A stretch of 64,000 nt of DNA from the human T2T-CHM13v2.0 reference genome, Homo sapiens, in NCBI RefSeq assembly GCF_009914755.1, contig NC_060927.1; one strand, written 5' to 3'. Shown here in pieces: positions 30,001-42,580 of this stretch. How positions within the stretch are numbered: position 1 is the stretch's first letter; each line of letters begins with the position of its first letter. The position numbers were made by a program, and so were the translations under genes. The notes under the pieces are model-generated. The model did not search any database. It saw nothing but the letters and a program-made list of their open reading frames with translations, and had not been told where the DNA came from.

Positions 30001-30399
30001 TCAAAGCTAAAACTGAAAATCAGTTTATTTTTATTCCTGTTACCAAATTTGAATGACTTGCATTGTCCTGGACTAGTTATTTGCAGAAGTTCCTCTCTCT
30101 GTGGAGTACAAGGTGGGCGGTGGGAATAGATGAGTTTCCAGGGTTTTTCTGCTTTTTCTTCCTTTGTTGCTACCATGATGGATTGTTTCTTGCTGATAAA
30201 GCTGTGTAGCCAGCCTTCCTTTGGCTCTAAGAAACTGACTGGACTTTGGAATGCTTCTATCACCATTCCTGAACTCCTTAGGGTCCTTCGCTGGCTGCTA
30301 CTACCAGGAGACATAGCCCCTGTCTTCCAAAACATTCTTTCTTTTTCTTCTTCTTCTTCTTCTTTTTATTTTTTTAAGGTGTCACTTTTTGATATTTGT

Positions 30400-30775
30400 C
30401 TTCTCTGGGTTCTACTCCAAATTTTCATGCCTTTCTCTACCTTCTCCAGCAATTATACTGTCTTATATTTAATTTGTTAAAATATGTCTTCCTTAGAATG
30501 GGATATTTGTTGATTTCTGACATTTGATACCAAAAGGCCTCCTCTCTATTCCCTGTTCTACCCCAGTACGCTGTGACAGCTTCCTGCACAGGACTTGCTG
30601 ATCTCAGTTTCTTTTGGCCACACTTACACATAATTTGGAGTTTGTGGATTTTTCTCTGTCTCCTACTTTCACCAAAAATGTATTTCATCACTTTATTTTT
30701 GTTCTCCTTGTTGCTCTATTTGGTTTCCAGGAGAAGTGGGATGATCCAAAACTAAGCAGTCACCATGTTTCTAAC
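30400..30775 (-). mobile_element. HAL1/L1ME 5' end fragment
   Basis: tttggagtttgtggatt...ccaaaactaagcagtcaccatgttt resembles a HAL1 5' terminus. Confidence 0.45.
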
Positions 30776-30834
30776 CTCTGTTCCAAATTTGGAAATGAGA
30801 AGAAACATTAAGAAACAATGGGAAAATGAATGCC

Positions 30835-30906
30835 AGGGTCACTGTGTTGCCTGATGTGGAATGCAGTGTAAATGGTGCCCTCTGGAGTGACATAATGCAA
30901 TAGCCT
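30835..30906. mobile_element. MER91-like hAT-Tip100 fragment
   Basis: aatggtgccctctggagt matches the MER91 core. Confidence 0.5.
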
Positions 30907-31046
30907 TTATCAATACACAACCTTCTCTCTGTACCCTTATTCCTGTGACCTAAAAATCGTATGTTCTTTTTCTTCTCAAGTGCTCCCCACTTGAATTTTG
31001 ATAAAGAAACAGGTAGTGATATGTATGCAAAGTAATTTGCTCTTAC

Positions 31047-31074
31047 TTGGAAGTGTCAGGCTTTCAGCGCTTGA
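31047..31074 (-). pseudogene. Gene A micro-exon (SSAESLTLP)
   Basis: Pyrimidine-rich acceptor ending ttaaag, donor CAA|gtaaga; phase 0 to 1. Confidence 0.6.
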
Positions 31075-31207
31075 CTTTAATGAGATAATAACGGTGAGAA
31101 AGGCAATTAAACTTGTTTTTACTTTGCCAGAATTTGTTTTTCCTTCATCTATGAACCATGACTATAAACAAATGATTGTAAGTGATTCTAAAGTTCCCTC
31201 CATTTAC

Positions 31208-31314
31208 CTTAACACCCATATATTCACATAGGGAGACTGCTTTTTCTATGTACACAGGCAGTCCAATAAAGTGTTTAGGAGAGAAATATTCCTTCAGTAG
31301 TCTATGCCAGTTTC
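31208..31314 (-). pseudogene. Gene A exon (NWHRLLKEYFSPKHFIGLPVYIEKAVSLCEYMGVK)
   Basis: 35 open codons, donor AAG|gtaaat; phase 1 to 0; exact acceptor uncertain. Confidence 0.7.
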
Positions 31315-32274
31315 CTTTTGCAAGGCAGACAATTTTAAAATAAAAATACTTTCAGTCAATATGGTTTTCACATTGCTTCTGACTAATTACTTACACAGCA
31401 ATATCAAATATTTTAAATACATTTTCATTTACATATAATTAACTATATCCGTATAATTTGTGTTTAAAAGAAATCTGGTTATTTATTTAAGGAGCTAAAA
31501 GAAACATCAAAATCTGTTCTCAATAAGAATGATTTTATCGAGTTTTTTTTAAAGAATGTGTGTTGAAGGAGAAATTTGGTGTCAGTCATATTTTATTTGG
31601 TGTCAGTCATATTTTATTACAAAATTAGGAATAAATGGCATAGTTTTCATTGCATCTTTAACTCTTCCATGGAGCCAATTTATTTTGACCTATACAGCCC
31701 TATTTAACCATAATGCATTAGTTCTTGAGAATAAAGCTGCCTGAGCACATTTCCAGAGCCTCTCCACACCTGGAAGACTTAATCAAGCTGTTCTAGTCCT
31801 AAGAAATCTGATCTGGGTAGTGACTTTGCAACTGGAAACAAAATGGTCAAAACCAGACTCTAGAAAAAAAAGCCAGGATAGGCTAGGTGTTCTTTACCAA
31901 TTATCTATCAAACAGGTAAAACCAGCAGGGGAAGTAAGGCGCCAGAAAACACAAGGAAGATCCCAGAAAGCTCCTCCACAGTGGCCAACCTGGAAAAGAG
32001 TCAAGAAATAGGGGCAGAGATAGGGACACACAAAGCCCATGTGCTTTCTTGGTCGGTCTGAGCAAATGGTTTAAGCCTTTAGGGAAATGGAGAGAATTCT
32101 GGGTATAGACACAAGGTTTAGGAAAAACTAAAGGGGAAAGATTTGCTTTCATTTTCAAAACTAGATAAACAATTCCTTTAGAACTGGGATAGTGGCAACA
32201 GGAAGTAATAAAATAGAAGGTCCTTGAGCCCAACTTCCTGGATAGAACCATTAGGAAGGAAGTAGCCTCCAAGA

Positions 32275-32560
32275 AAGAACTCATGCTTGGTTCAACGCTC
32301 TGCTACTGCTTTCTTGAAAATCTTAATGATTTTATCTTTGAACCTGATGGGGAAAAGGAGAATGCCTATGAGCAGAGATCCCATTTGCCAGTGCACCATG
32401 AGCTCAGAATTCTAATGGCCTCAAAATAAGTCATGTTATGTCTGTGACTGAAGAAGCAGGGGTCACTGATACCCCCAAGAGTCCACAATTTTATTGGAAC
32501 TACAACTCGCTTCAGTGCAGATAAAAGAGAATGGCACTCTTAAGAAACACGGATGATCAA
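32275..32560 (+). mobile_element. MER45B/MER45R-like hAT-Tip100 fragment
   Basis: gcttggttcaacgctctgct...cttgaaaatcttaat...ccatgagctcagaattc. Confidence 0.7.
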
Positions 32561-32575
32561 AAGCAAGGAATTCAC

Positions 32576-32613
32576 CTCCATTCTCCTTTCCCAAAGTTAT
32601 TATTTTTAAAGCA
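32576..32613 (-). pseudogene. Gene A exon (ALKIITLGKENG)
   Basis: Acceptor tttcacccctcctgtccag, donor GAG|gtgaat; phase 2 to 1. Confidence 0.6.
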
Positions 32614-32864
32614 CTGGACAGGAGGGGTGAAATATATTTTTAAAAATATACTTCTTAAAAACACTAAAGGCATCCATATTAAGGAAAAAAAAATCAACAA
32701 TGCCTTTTGACCTAAAAGACTCAAGATTTTATTAAGTCCATACACCTTAGACATTCAGACTCAATTAGAAGTGGTGCTTTTATAAAGGAATAGCATGGCA
32801 GATGTGGTTCAGAACTAACTAGTGACTGTTTTCCCTCAGCCAATTTTCCTTCTACAAAACTTAC

Positions 32865-32907
32865 CTGTTTATATGTTGTTTAGGTATCCACTTTCCACCA
32901 TTTGGCC
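32865..32907 (-). pseudogene. Gene A exon (PNGGKWIPKQHIN)
   Basis: Consensus donor CAG|gtaagt; phase 1 to 2; open frame; weak acceptor next to MER5A1. Confidence 0.6.
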
Positions 32908-32919
32908 CTGTTTTTAGGG

Positions 32920-33085
32920 CAGGCCTTCTTAAATTTCAATGTGCATGAGAGTCACCTGGGGAGCTAGCTAAAATGCAAATTCTGACTCAGTAGGTCTGGG
33001 GAGGAGCCTGATAATCTGCATGTCTAACAGGCTCCCCAGTAGAGCCAGTTCTGCACCTCTATGAAGCACATTTTGAGGAGTAAGA
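32920..33085. mobile_element. MER5A1
   Basis: Consensus match; 8-bp TSD ttttaggg/ctttaggg. Confidence 0.8.
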
Positions 33086-33099
33086 CTTTAGGGAATGCA

Positions 33100-33885
<786 letters not shown>

Positions 33886-34002
33886 GGATAATCTCAAACA
33901 GCTCCCCTGTTAATGATGTATGGAAACATTTGTGTAAACAGTTAGAAGTTCTCAGTGGAGTAAATGTTGGCCATAGAAATGATGTATGATAAAAATCTAA
34001 AC

Positions 34003-34136
34003 CTTCCTGTGAAGGAGATGTACATTCTGGTCTCAGATAAATTCATTGCCAACTTCTGAATCTTGCAGCAACTCGAAGATATTTATGTAATTTCTGCTTT
34101 AAGATTTCTTCCTTTCAATTCATGTTCAAAAATATA
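34003..34136 (-). pseudogene. Gene A exon (IFLNMN*KEEILKQKLHKYLRVAARFRSWQ*IYLRPECTSPSQE), possible start ATG at 34123
   Basis: Acceptor ttacatatgcag, donor AAG|gtttag; two TGA stops; ends phase 1. Confidence 0.6.
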
Positions 34137-34612
34137 CTGCATATGTAAAATATATAGTTTGGAAACACAGACTAGAGGAAAAAATTCCTAAAAGTTGTCC
34201 ATATCATTAAAACTTTAAAACATTTAATTTCTGTAAGACATGGTTAACTCTTACTCAAGGGAGTGAAATCCCAATAGGTGAAAAATGAATCGAGCTGATA
34301 ATTTAATGAGTTGTGCTTGGTGGAGTGGGAGTGAGGGCAATAGATTCTTACTCACCATAATAACAAGGCATCACTGCCAACATCATTGCTTATGGTTGTT
34401 TAAAAGATACATTATTTGTCAAGTAATTTTCATTTGTCACCTATATCTCTGGAGCAAACCCAGGAGATGCTAGTAGAAAATCAGCTTTGACAACTCTCTT
34501 ACATCCACCTGCACTTGTACACTCTGAGCTTGAACAAGCTGGCTCTCACTTCCATCTCCTGGCCTTGCTCTTCAGTTTCCCTCACAGGGTCCTTCCATTG
34601 GCAGATCTGGTG

Positions 34613-34809
34613 TACTGTTTCTCAATTTGGGCTGCTCATCAGAATCGACTGGAAACTACAAATACTGATGCCCAGGCCCTACTCCCAGAATCTGGTTAAA
34701 TAGTTTTGGTGGAACCCAGGCATGAGTCATTTAAAAGATTTTTTTTTAACTTTGATATAATTTCAGACCTGCAGAAAAGTTGCATTAGAATAAAGAATTC
34801 ACCCTTCAG

Positions 34810-34846
<37 letters not shown>

Positions 34847-35135
34847 GTTTCTCTCTCTCTGTATATAATTACTCTGAACCTCTTTGAGAGTATGTTGCAG
34901 ATATGATGCTCTTTTATCCCCAGATAGTTCCCAAATATGAGGAATTCTCATGCACAACCACAGAACAATAATTAAGTATCAGGAAGTTAACAATACCATT
35001 ATGTAATCTGTAAACCTTATTGAGATTTTCTACATTTTTTCAGTAATGTCCTGTATAACAAAAGAAAGCCCATGATCAGGAGTGGCTATTTTTTAACATC
35101 TCTCCCCTGATGTTAGTGTACAGCTGAGAACAAGT
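34613..35135. mobile_element. MER5B interrupted by an L1MC4/5 3' end (34738-35070, minus strand)
   Basis: MER5 halves flank an L1MC 3' UTR that contains (CT)n. Confidence 0.6.
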
Positions 35136-35139
35136 GGAA

Positions 35140-35960
35140 AGCAAGCATGCGTTCAGCTGAAGCTGGAGGCAGTAGGAAAAGGCTCTGATGGTAACAAATC
35201 CTCCTGGAAGATTCCTGGCGCCCCAGGAGAAGGTATTTGCAGGGCTGCGCTCGAGAGGCAGCAAGAGAGTAGAGACAAGGAAGGGCAGACCCTGCGCTGG
35301 GAGCCCAACCCTCAGCAGGGTCCCCCTGTGGTGACTCCTCCCGCCCGGAATTTGGGGGTGAGGCATGGACCGACCCTGAATTTCACCATTGTCCATGCCT
35401 CTCACCCCTCGCCCAGAAGACATAAAAATAAGGGTCTTGAAAGTCTTGGATTTCTCTCCACGATTGCCTTGCAGCCCTCAGGGTGGAGGCAGGTGGGTTC
35501 ATCCAACTGAAGCTGCTTTCTCAGCAGTTGTCCGGAACAAGGCTGTTAACTCAGCCTGGGCACAGGGCTCAGGGTGCGGCCGCGTCACTGGTCGGGTGCC
35601 TGAACCTGGCGGGGAGACGTGTGTGTCCACAGGGGGCAGGGCAAGTGAGGAGGGCAAGAGCACATCAGCCAGTGCGACCCAGCCAGACAGTGTCTTCTGG
35701 CAACTTCCCTAGCGGAAGCCTCCACCATGTGTGCATAGCAGGTGCATAGGGGCTGAGTAGGAGAGTAAGAGCTACAGCCCATATCAGCTCCTGTTGGGGA
35801 GAGGGAGGAGACCCAGGTGGTGTTGGTGGGGAGCCCGTTCTCTGCTATCAAACAGCTTCACCTCCTCCCCCATGTTTCGGTAGAGCCAGAATGGGAAAAT
35901 AAGCAGGGAATGCACATCATGCCGGTATGGTGTACTTTCCCGGACTCTAGTAGTGTTGGG
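35140..35960. promoter_or_regulatory. GC/CpG-retaining promoter-like island between the two exon chains
   Basis: Clearest non-repeat CpG-rich tract in the window; NotI site 35576-35583, GC box ctcccgccc, ETS-like cggaa sites, X-box-like gtcttctggcaac 35692-35704, CTCF-like tccacagggggcag 35626-35639. Confidence 0.65.
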
Positions 35961-36065
35961 TAAGCAACAATAGAACAGAGAAAGCTAGAGGGTAAGGAAT
36001 GGATAAAGGCAGTCTTAGTTAACCAGTAAGTATTTAATACAAGATGGCAGATACCTTTTCTCTAT

Positions 36066-36386
36066 TTGTTTGGTTATCTATTACTACAAAACAAACCACT
36101 CCAAAAGTTTGAGTTTAAAATGACTATTTTGTTATTTCTCAGGATTTTGTGGGTTGACTGGGGCTTAGATGAACATTTGTTTATTTTTGATGGTCTCAAT
36201 TGGAGTCTCCCAGATAACTGCAGTCAGATGGTGGCCAGGACTGGGTGTCATTCCACATGTAGTTTCAGGCCTCTTTTTCTTTCTCTCTCTCTCTTTTTTT
36301 TTTTAGAGACAGACTCTCACTAAGTGATTCTCCTGCCTCAGCCTTGAAAGTAGCTGGGATTACAGGCATGAGCCACCACACCCCGC

Positions 36387-36422
<36 letters not shown>

Positions 36423-36810
36423 AGAGACGGGGTTTCACCATGTTGTCCAGGCTGGTCTCAAACTGCTGACCTCAAGTGATTTGTCTGCCTCTGCCTCCCA
36501 AAATGTTGGGATTACAGGCGTGAGCCACCGCGCCTGGCCAGGCCACCCTTTCTGTATTTTCCTCTCCCAAGTATCCATCTGTATGGTGTCTGGACATTTT
36601 GCAGTGAGGCTCAGGGCTCCCAGAACTGCAGTGTTGGAAGTTGCCAGCTCTTCAGGCATAAGCCCAGATCTGATACAGCTCACTTCTGCCACAATTTGTT
36701 GATTCAAATCACAGGATCAGTCACATTCAATGTAGAACGGGACTGCTCAAGAGTCTGAATACCAGGAGTCATGGTTCATGTGGGGCCCATCTGTGGAGAT
36801 TAGTTACCTT
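36066..36810 (-). mobile_element. MLT1H-like LTR, interrupted by Alu
   Basis: ttatctattactacaaaacaaaccactccaaaa start; ctcacttctgccac motif. Confidence 0.75.
36294..36539 (-). mobile_element. AluS with internal deletion and T32 linker
   Basis: Both arms present; about 65 nt of the right arm missing. Confidence 0.9.
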
Positions 36811-37447
36811 TATTCGCTTTCTTCAGGGGCCACTGGTGATGTCCCAGCCAGATACTATAAAAATGAATGTTACTTGCAACAAATTAGAGGAAATGCTATT
36901 GGCTATCACCCTACTATGTAGCTAGACCTAAGCAGGTAATGGTCATGGGATACATCCAGGAGTGCTAACCTTACCCCTGAGTTCTCAGTGTCTGCAAATA
37001 TTTCTGTGCCCCCAGAGTACTAACAGAATAGAGACTGTGTGAAGCAGGACAGTTTGGATCTACGAGGAAACCTGCGTAAAACAGTTTGGTGATGACTAAA
37101 GACCTTTTCAATGCTTCTGTGCACTCTAACACACCTCCAAACCTTGGCCTAATCTGTGGGGTTTGGTGGAGGTTAGCTGAGGAGGCGGGAAGGACCCTAG
37201 AATAGCTAAGGTTGGATATCATTTCCAGAGGGTAAGGTTGCATATGCTACCAAGTTGATTTAAAGAAATCAAGCTAAAATTAAGATATATTTTTGCATAC
37301 CTAGTTTTGTGGCTTGAGACTGACTACATTTTTTATTTGTTCTTATAAAAGAAAAACAAACAAAAGTCCTAGATTGCTTGATGCTCATGACTCATTACCG
37401 TCTTCTATATCTAGCAAGCTTTCCTGAACACTTTGTTACTACCTACT

Positions 37448-37836
37448 TGTCTTAGTTCATTTTCTGCTGCTATAACAGAATACTATAGACAGGGTAATAT
37501 AAAGAACAGAAGTTTATTTGGCTTGCAGTTCTGGAGGCTGGGAAGTCCAAGATTATGGCCCTGGCATCTGGAGGGGATCATCCCGTGGTGAAAGGGCAGA
37601 AGAGGGATGGGTGAAACCCATGAGAAAGAGAGATTCACCGAGGACTAGACGCATTTTATGACAACCCACTCTCTCAATAACCAACCTGCTGTCATGATAA
37701 TGACATTAGTTCACTCATAAGGGCTCTGCCTTCACGACCCAATCACCTCTAATTAGATCACACCTCCGAACACAGTTGTGTTGGGGATTAAATTTCCAAC
37801 ACATGAACTTTTGGGAGATACATTCAAACCACAGCA
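37448..37836 (-). mobile_element. MSTC/MSTD solo LTR
   Basis: tgtcttagt...aaaccacagca; TSD ctact/ttact. Confidence 0.88.
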
Positions 37837-39612
37837 TTACTCTATTCCTACCTAGTAGGTTTAATTTTAAGAGGCCTGTGAAGAAAATAAAGGATGAAAT
37901 ATAATTAAATGTGATCTGAATAGTTCACCAATAATTTCTAGGTATATGCCAAGGAAAATAACACTGGTACTCATCTTAGCCATTTCTAGAAAAATAAAAA
38001 TTTTAAACTGACACAGTCAACTAAGTTTTCATAAGGCAATTATATCTGACATCATCTATTCTTCTTTCTCTATCAAGACATTCATTTATATATTAAATCA
38101 TCAACACTTTAACTCAAATGTTAAGGTTTTAGTTATCTTTATAAACAATCCCTATATTATACTCTTATTATTTAAATTTAGAATCTGAGCTGCACTAACA
38201 TCCAAGTTTTTTTAATCTTACCAGCATTAAATATTTATTTTATCATGTTCCTGAATAAGATTAAATAGCTATAGTTGTTTAAACTGGGATGCTTTGTGAA
38301 ACTACATCGTAAAAAATTTAAAAGGCCAAAGTTTTCCATTTAAGAATTCTGACTAGTGGTCATCTGTCTCCGTGGAGGCGTTTAGAATCAGGTAAGGGAT
38401 CAAGCAGCAGAAGTGAGCCTGTCCCTCTGGTTCTTCTTGACACTCACTTAAAGTTATTGACAGTCCATGTTGATGCCATCCCGAAGCAATCTGGTGAGAT
38501 TGCTTTTGTTAGCAAATTATCCTCCAAAAATAACATCTTCTGGCTTCTCAATTAGAGCTTGCTAAAGAATGACTGACTTTATTGTATGGGACATCTCTAC
38601 GAGTAATAAATAGGCCCTTTTTCTTTCCCTAGGGAAACTAAATTGTACTGTGCTGTTCTCAGTAATAAACAGTATTATGAGTCTTGTAACATAGGAAGTA
38701 CATCAAACCTGCTTTGGATGATAGATTTTATGTCTCCAAAGAGGGTTAAACTGTGTGTTTAAAGCTCTTATCATGCTGCTTAAATTCTGTGTTGCATTTT
38801 AGAGTTTAAAAAATGACATACTACAAAAATAGAAAAGAAAGAGAAGATGATTTTACAGTTTCTCAGGGTCAAGGCAGGAATACACAAATCAGAGAGGGAA
38901 AGAAAATTACATATAAATATAGAATACACTAAGTGAGTATTTTTACCTTTATTTCAAGCTTTATGTAAGTGGTTAAATTATAATTCTGCTGGGCAGATAT
39001 ACAGGCTATAATTTGTTATGTAGAAGATATAACTAACTGGAGGGATTTGTGCAAAGCAAAATTTGTAAAATAAGGAATATGGTTTAGGACTTTTAAAATG
39101 ATAATTAGCTTGCAATGTGAATAAAATATGTAGTTTCCTTTAGAAAGTTAGGACTTAATATAGTTTGCAAATTACTCCCGTAATGAGTTCATTTACAATG
39201 AATATAAGTTCCTACTCTATTTTCATAATGAATGAAAGAGGTTTTAATGAATCACATTTACTTTTAACATCCAGCAGAAATATGGAACAATATAAAATAG
39301 AATTGAAATATTTCTTATAATATCATTAAACTGAATTATTCCTTATGAACCTTTTGGTTTTGGCATGTAGATTTTTAAAACTTTATTTTAAAAAAATTAT
39401 TCATTAAAATGTATCTTCATTAAATTGGTTTGAAGGTTGGTTAACCATCACGTAAAGGTTAATGTCCAATGAAAAAAAGCAAAATGCATTTCGTAGTGTT
39501 GCAAATGAAAAGAAAAAAATGTGTATATCTGCTCTTTGATCACAGAGCAGGGCCAGCACATTTCTGTAGACAATAGCAGCAGTTTGGTATACATTACTAT
39601 TACAAAGCATGG

Positions 39613-39690
39613 TTCATCTATCCGTTCAACAAGTTTTTATTGAGTGCCTACTATGTACCAATCCTTATACTAAGTACCGTGCTTACAAAA
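39613..39690 (-). mobile_element. L2 3' tail
   Basis: ttcaacaagtttttattgagtgcctactatgtacca. Confidence 0.7.
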
Positions 39691-40155
39691 TTACATTTGA
39701 AGAGTTAGATTTCAGTTTTTCAGGTGACCGTCAGGGAATTCTCCTGACTTAGGGAGCCTAAGTATGTAGCATAATGCCCTAATAAAGATTAAATTTATGC
39801 TTGTTTTATTTAGCTCTATAGAGAGGGTCAAGAAATTTTCTCCATCAGAGGAGAGCAAAACTCATCTTTGATGGATTGAGGATGATTTCTAATCTTGTTC
39901 TTCCAGCCTCTTCAACACCATCTGCATTTCCTCCTGCGGAGGTACAGGCCATTTGAAAAAGGAAGGGATAGTAGCTTTATTGTCTGGAAATGTACTGTAA
40001 TGATATTTTTTTCTGCTTATGTTTCTAAAAATATAAGTTTCTAAACACCTAAGAGATAGGGGCTAGGGAGGGTGGTGTAGCCTTCAGGTACTTATAGTTA
40101 GAGAAGCCTAAGGCCTCTTCCTATGAAGTTAGAGACCACAACCTTATTGTGACCT

Positions 40156-40370
40156 AGCAGTTCTCAACTGGGGGTAATACTGTCCCCCCCAGGGACACTT
40201 GGCAATATCTAGAAACATTTTTGATTGTCACAACTGGGAGGAGGTGCTACTGGCATGTAGTGAATAGAGACCAGTGAATTGCAGTAAACATTCTGCAATT
40301 CACAGAACAGTCCCCACAACAAAGAATTGTCTGGTTGAAGATGTCGATAATACTATAGTGGAAAACTCTG
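40156..40370 (+). mobile_element. MER20
   Basis: gttctcaactggggg...gtgctactggcat...aacaaagaatt. Confidence 0.9.
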
Positions 40371-40384
40371 TTGTGACCTGAAGG

Positions 40385-40830
40385 CTTAAGCATAGCGCCT
40401 TGTACAAAGGATGTCGATAAATGCTTGTTGACTGCATGAATGCATGAATGAGTAAATTACTAAATTATACTTTGCTAAGACTACTTAACTTTAGAAAATG
40501 TTTATTTTATCAATTAAATACGTTGCCTTTTTGTCCAGTTGGACTGGGGAGACCAGCTCCAAATGGGCATTTGGAGATCATAGAAAAACTGGTTGTCTAT
40601 AGTATACTGTTGCTATCCTGTTATTTGTTGGAATTTATGATTGATTTAATTAGTCTGTTTTCAGGCTAATTTAATTATTCATTATTCCTAATTATTCATT
40701 TAACATATATTTCTTAAGCACCTACTATCCATCAGATACAACTCTAGATACTATGTATAGAACTGAAAGAGACATCAATGCTACCCATCTTAATAGAACA
40801 GTAGTCTACTTGAGGGAGGGAAAGACTGAT
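40385..40830. mobile_element. Two L2 tails (40385-40456 +, 40675-40830 -)
   Basis: tgaatg and attcatt tails with L2 3' motifs. Confidence 0.6.
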
Positions 40831-41104
40831 ATATTTCTCCAGAAACATATATACAGATACATCTGGAGAAAACATATATTTCAAAACAAAGTTTAGTTCT
40901 AGAGAGTGGTCTAGGATTTGGGGTGTTGGTCAAGGAAGATTATATCTTTAATGTTTGAATACTTTTTACAAGAATGTACTTGGGCATATTTGTATAATTA
41001 AAAATTAATGAAATTAAATGTTATTTCCAGAAAAGTAGTAATATATGATTTAAGAACATTTTCTTTTGGTTAACATTGTTGTACTTCACGTTTTCTCAAC
41101 ATGC

Positions 41105-41336
41105 TGTTATAAAGATTTTCAAACATACACAGAAATTGAAAGAGTTGCGCAGTGAACATCCAGACATCCCAGCTCGATTCTGCAATTAATATTTCAATGT
41201 GTCCCTTATCACATATCCATGCCTCTTGCCATTCATCAATATATCATATTTTTGAGGTGTTTCGAACCAAGTTGCAGTCATCAGTGTACTTCTCTCTAAG
41301 TACTTCAAGATACATATTAACTGGAATTCAGTATTT
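41105..41336 (-). mobile_element. L1MC/L1ME 3' end fragment
   Basis: ttttcaaacatacacagaaattgaaagag motif. Confidence 0.65.
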
Positions 41337-41784
41337 GAGCACAGATCAAACATGCTTTTTACTAACACTCTCCAGTTATTTAACACCAAATGCTTGAAAT
41401 AGAAACATGAGTTCTGTTTTGTTTATGAGTCTACCACTGCTTCTCTTATGCAACCTGCCCAAGTAAGATGAGGATTAGAGGTCTGGCCTCTAAAATAGTC
41501 ATTGTGATAAGACTTAAGGATACTCTCTTTTAGTCACTTTACATTTAACTCATTAATCAAAGAATCAATAGATAGAGCCATTATTCATTTTTCTGGCTAT
41601 CAATTTTCACTGTAAATTGGAAAACATTATAGTCTCTGTAGCATCATTCATTGAGCAGTTAGGTTATTAGCTGAGAGAGGTGGTTACACATCCAGAAAGC
41701 ACTGTAGAGAGTGTTCTCTATGGCTTTGGAAATCCTACCACATTTGGGTTTGGTAACTTTTTCTGCATGGGCACAAGGCCCTGC

Positions 41785-41898
41785 TGGAATGAAGACAGGG
41801 GCCTTGTCTCTTTTGCTCACAACTATATCCCCAGAACATAGTTTGGTGACTGGCACACAATATATTCTCATTGAATTAATACATAAATGAATGAATGA
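41785..41898 (+). mobile_element. L2a 3' end
   Basis: gacaggggccttgtc...ctggcacac...aatgaatgaatga. Confidence 0.75.
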
Positions 41899-42411
41899 GG
41901 GTCTCACAGACAGGTGATATGCAGTAGGTTATTTGTGAAATTAATTAATAAACTTGAAGGTCTGTAGAAAGGGCAGAATAATGATGACCTGCTCTCATTC
42001 ATACTTACAGAGCTTTTTAACTATCCTCACCTCCTTCCACAAACCTAATATGCAGAATATTATGAAAAAATTTTGGAAAATATTTAATTCAATAAGTTCA
42101 TAATAGAAACAAAACTACAAAGGTTCACCATAATTACTTGGGAAAATATTCGTTTGATGACTACAAGTACCAGAATTAATTTTTATGTCCTGGCTATTAC
42201 ATTGAATATAGTATATAAACTTGTCAAATTCTTTAATTAAAATGTGTTACTAATTTAGTTTAAAAAGTAGTATAGTGAAATGATATTGATATGTTGCAAG
42301 TATCATATTAAAGTGTTATCAAAAGGACATTTTGGGTGAACATGAACATTTACATAAATGGGATTTGTCTATTATTAAGTAGACTAGTTTTTAAAAAGGT
42401 AAATATCATGA

Positions 42412-42580
42412 AAATAGTGTGCACTTTGAAGTCAGAAAGACTTGAGTTCCAGGCATGGCTCCCACCCTGTCACACTTCCTAATCTACACATGAGGATAAA
42501 TGTTTCTACCACTTTGTTGTTTCAAGAGTAAATGAAACAAATTGTTTAGCAGAGTTTTTGAAGGTAAGCACTCCATATTG
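42412..42580 (+). mobile_element. MIR fragment
   Basis: ctttgaagtcagaaagacttgagttcc. Confidence 0.6.

Noticed and set aside
34356-34388. Possible extra upstream exon of gene A (strong ATG|gtgagt donor)
   Set aside because: Weak acceptor and only 33 nt; phase-compatible but not supported well enough to list
35076-35851. Cluster of 60-115 aa ORFs in the GC-rich island
   Set aside because: Expected from low stop-codon density in GC-rich DNA; they overlap on both strands and show no recognisable domain
38633-38745. Strong plus-strand acceptor followed by an open frame of about 40 codons
   Set aside because: No convincing donor, and the open frame does not fit the chain B phases
40834-40871. 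10-bp inverted repeat tttctccaga/tctggagaaa
   Set aside because: Short enough to occur by chance or local template switching; no other support
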